The notes beneath the pieces are model-generated. The model worked only from the letters and a program-made list of their open reading frames with translations. It was not told the origin of the DNA and did no database searches. From NCBI GenBank assembly GCA_009602725.1, contig WELB01000021.1, positions 878,634 to 942,633 of the forward strand: 64,000 nucleotides of DNA, in the 5' to 3' direction. This DNA comes from Spirogloea muscicola. Lineage: Eukaryota. This document shows, in pieces, positions 61,698-64,000 of the stretch; within the stretch, counting starts at the first letter, position 1, and each line of letters opens with the position of its first letter. Position numbers and translations under genes: made by a program.

Positions 61698-63572
61698 ATG
61701 GCGCGGCTGCCCCAGCGAAGCCCCGCCGGCGGCTCGGACCTCCACGCTCACGCTGCGCGCCGGCTCATGGAGGCCGCCTCCGCTCTCAGCCTCACCGTCA
61801 GCAACCTTGCGACTCTCGCCGAGCTGCTGTGGATCCAGAGGAGCTCTGCTTGCCAGCAAGAGATGTGTCACGACCTCGCTCAGCTGGCACCATGGGCAGC
61901 TGCAGCTAGGTACAGCTCTCGGCGCTCAGACACAAGACCGCCCTTCGCAGTAGCGAGTCTTTTGTAAAGCCCTCCGCACGGCTGCTTGTTCCTACCCGCC
62001 CATCTGCTCAGTTGCTACCTGGAAACTTGCTGTGCTTGAGTGTGCTACATTGTGCGATGAAGCTGCTCCAACGTCTGGCGCTCGCGGGTCCTTCAATCCT
62101 TCGTGCCTTCCTACTTGTTGCAGAAAGTTCGGGGCATCAGCAGCCACGTGTACAACAAGCACTGGGCAGAAGCAGCTTGCGGATCTCACGGACACATTGC
62201 TGCAAGCCCAAGAGCAGTTACTGGAGTTCCGTGTCCTTGCAGGCCATTTGGAAGTAGCCAGTCCACATGCTTCTTCTCCCTCTCTCGCCCTTGATCGAGT
62301 GGTCAATCTGGGAGCATGCAGCAGCCAAGGACCTTCCTCCCTTTGCCCGCATACGGCACCCGCGAGCCCAATGTCTGTATCGACAGTCTCCAGTGAGAAG
62401 AACACGTCTCACCTCGCTGGATACTCAGCCCTGCTACCCATGAAGATGGAGGAGGATGTCTGCTTGCAAGCCAGTGCCGATAGGGCGACGAATGAATCAC
62501 ACTGCGACGAGGGAGCTGTTGTTCTCACCCAGTATGCTGACAAACGTGGCGGAGCCAAGCGGACCAGATGCTCCAATGGCGACAGGAGCGATGGCAGTCG
62601 CCAATCTCCAAGAAAGTGAGTGCTACATGCATCTGGGTGTGGTCAATTGCAATGAGCCACACTGCATGAGCTTGCTCAACACGAGAACTCTGAGCTCATC
62701 AAAATCGACACGACAACAGTCTCATTGCATCGACTTGGGACGTCATCTCAAAAAGAATTGCTGGCACGGTGTGTGAGCGGCTAACTGTGGCAATTTTACA
62801 ATCCACATGTGTACTAACACCTTCAACATCCAACTTTTGCAGACCAAAGGTGCCCACTAAGGAGATACACGTGATAGTCCAAGAGCCCTTCGACGAGAAG
62901 CACATCCCTGACGATGGTTGGAGTTGGCGTAAATACGGCAGGAAGCCCATCAAGAGCTCGCCAAATCCTCGCAATTACTTCCGCTGCAGCCTGGAGGACT
63001 TGGACCAGCCATGCCTGGCAAAGAAGAAAGTGGAGGTTTCTAAGGACGACAAGAATGTGTATGTTGTCACCTATCTTGGCTATCATACCCACGCTGCCCC
63101 TCCAAAACCAATCACGATCTCTCTCATCAGCCAGATTGGGGCCCCGCCCATTGACATCGGTCCAAGAGATCCTCAGCAGCCACCTAGAGGAGGACCGAGC
63201 ACTGCCACACTTCCACATACGAGAGCTCATCAGATGTTGGGGCCTGCACCAGCAACTTCAAAAGCATCAAATGGTGTGCCCGTGGACCCATGCATCACAT
63301 GTGAGCAGTACACACATAAGGCTGGTGTAGATTGCAACATGAACATCGCAACAATCTTCGAGGGACAGGATGCAGGCTATACAGATGTTGCTGCAGCGGG
63401 CTCAGGGGCGGAAGCCATGGAGGACTACATTTCTACACCAAGCTCCAGCAAGTCCTTGGGATTCTTCCCGGAATCTGAGGCTGTCGAACCCTTCTTCAGC
63501 TCCCAGTCAGAAGCAGGTCCAGTGAAGGCACATGTCTTGCACTCGCAAGGTCACTGGCGTCTGCCTTATTAA
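61698..63572 (+). CDS. WRKY: WRKY transcription factor copy 2, 3 exons (61698-61909, 62124-62615, 62843-63572), 477 aa, C-terminally truncated
   Basis: Same WRKYGRK C-X8-C-X23-HTH domain and splice sites as copy 1. TAA at 63570-63572 replaces GGA; the stop homologous to copy 1 is still present at 63639-63641. Confidence 0.88.
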
Positions 63573-64000
63573 AAAACAGCAGAACCAGGAAATGGCTTTG
63601 CACCGCTAGGTCTCTCAGACTTCAGCAATATATGGAGCTAAGCTATGGTTCCACAGGTTCAAGGATCATACGCAAGGATATTACCGGCATACAAGGTGGT
63701 TTGTGGTATATATTCGCATGTGCATTGCTAGCTTGGTGACTGGTATCAAGACTAGGCCTAGTGGAATGTTGAGATGTTACCAATGTCCAGACTCTGCTTT
63801 GGAAGTAATCCAATGTCCAGACTCTGCTTTCGAAGTATTCCACCTCCGTCAAATAATTACTCCCATGCAACGATGTTGCTGCACTTTCTGTGTGATGTGC
63901 ACACAGGCTTCCGCTTCCCTCCGCAAGGGCATTACTCTATCAGACATTTTTTCCTGAGGCACTTTGAAGCGCCTCAGAGATACTCTCAAAGTGCCAACCC

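Larger units (their letters stand above)
56590..64000 (+). repeat. Right arm of inverted segmental duplication (continues to window end)
   Basis: Reverse complement of 14239-23235 with scattered substitutions and indels. Confidence 0.95.

Overview
This is eukaryotic, intron-containing, GC-rich DNA. The gene content (WRKY, DUF579, an At3g26950/DUF7796-like protein) suggests a streptophyte, probably an alga; that is inference. (1) Two diverged arms form an inverted duplication (~14.2-23.2 kb and ~56.6-64 kb). Each arm carries a 3-exon WRKY transcription factor with an atypical WRKYGRK / C-X8-C-X23-H-X-H domain, and the right copy has a premature stop. (2) Between the arms are a head-to-head pair of intron-rich DUF579 (GXM/AGM/IRX15-family) polysaccharide O-methyltransferase genes, a pseudogenised DUF7796-like + FkbM-type methyltransferase fusion, two paralogues of an unrecognised 4-exon gene family with a C-terminal membrane helix, and a possible JmjC relic. 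(3) Dozens of 5'-truncated 3' ends of RLE-type (CRE-like) non-LTR retrotransposons are present, from several subfamilies. Their ORF ends in SDLxxL(T/S)RGY*, and most carry a conserved 3' hairpin GGGCTG-N7/8-CAGCCC. They have pyrimidine rather than poly(A) tails, show TSDs at two sites, and repeatedly appear to insert into the hairpin loop of sister copies. There are also minisatellites, (GA)n tracts, a 150-bp fold-back, a 32-bp palindrome, two N gaps, and a 2.2-kb tandem duplication around one gap that is probably an assembly artefact. All family assignments come from motif recognition by eye; no searches were run.
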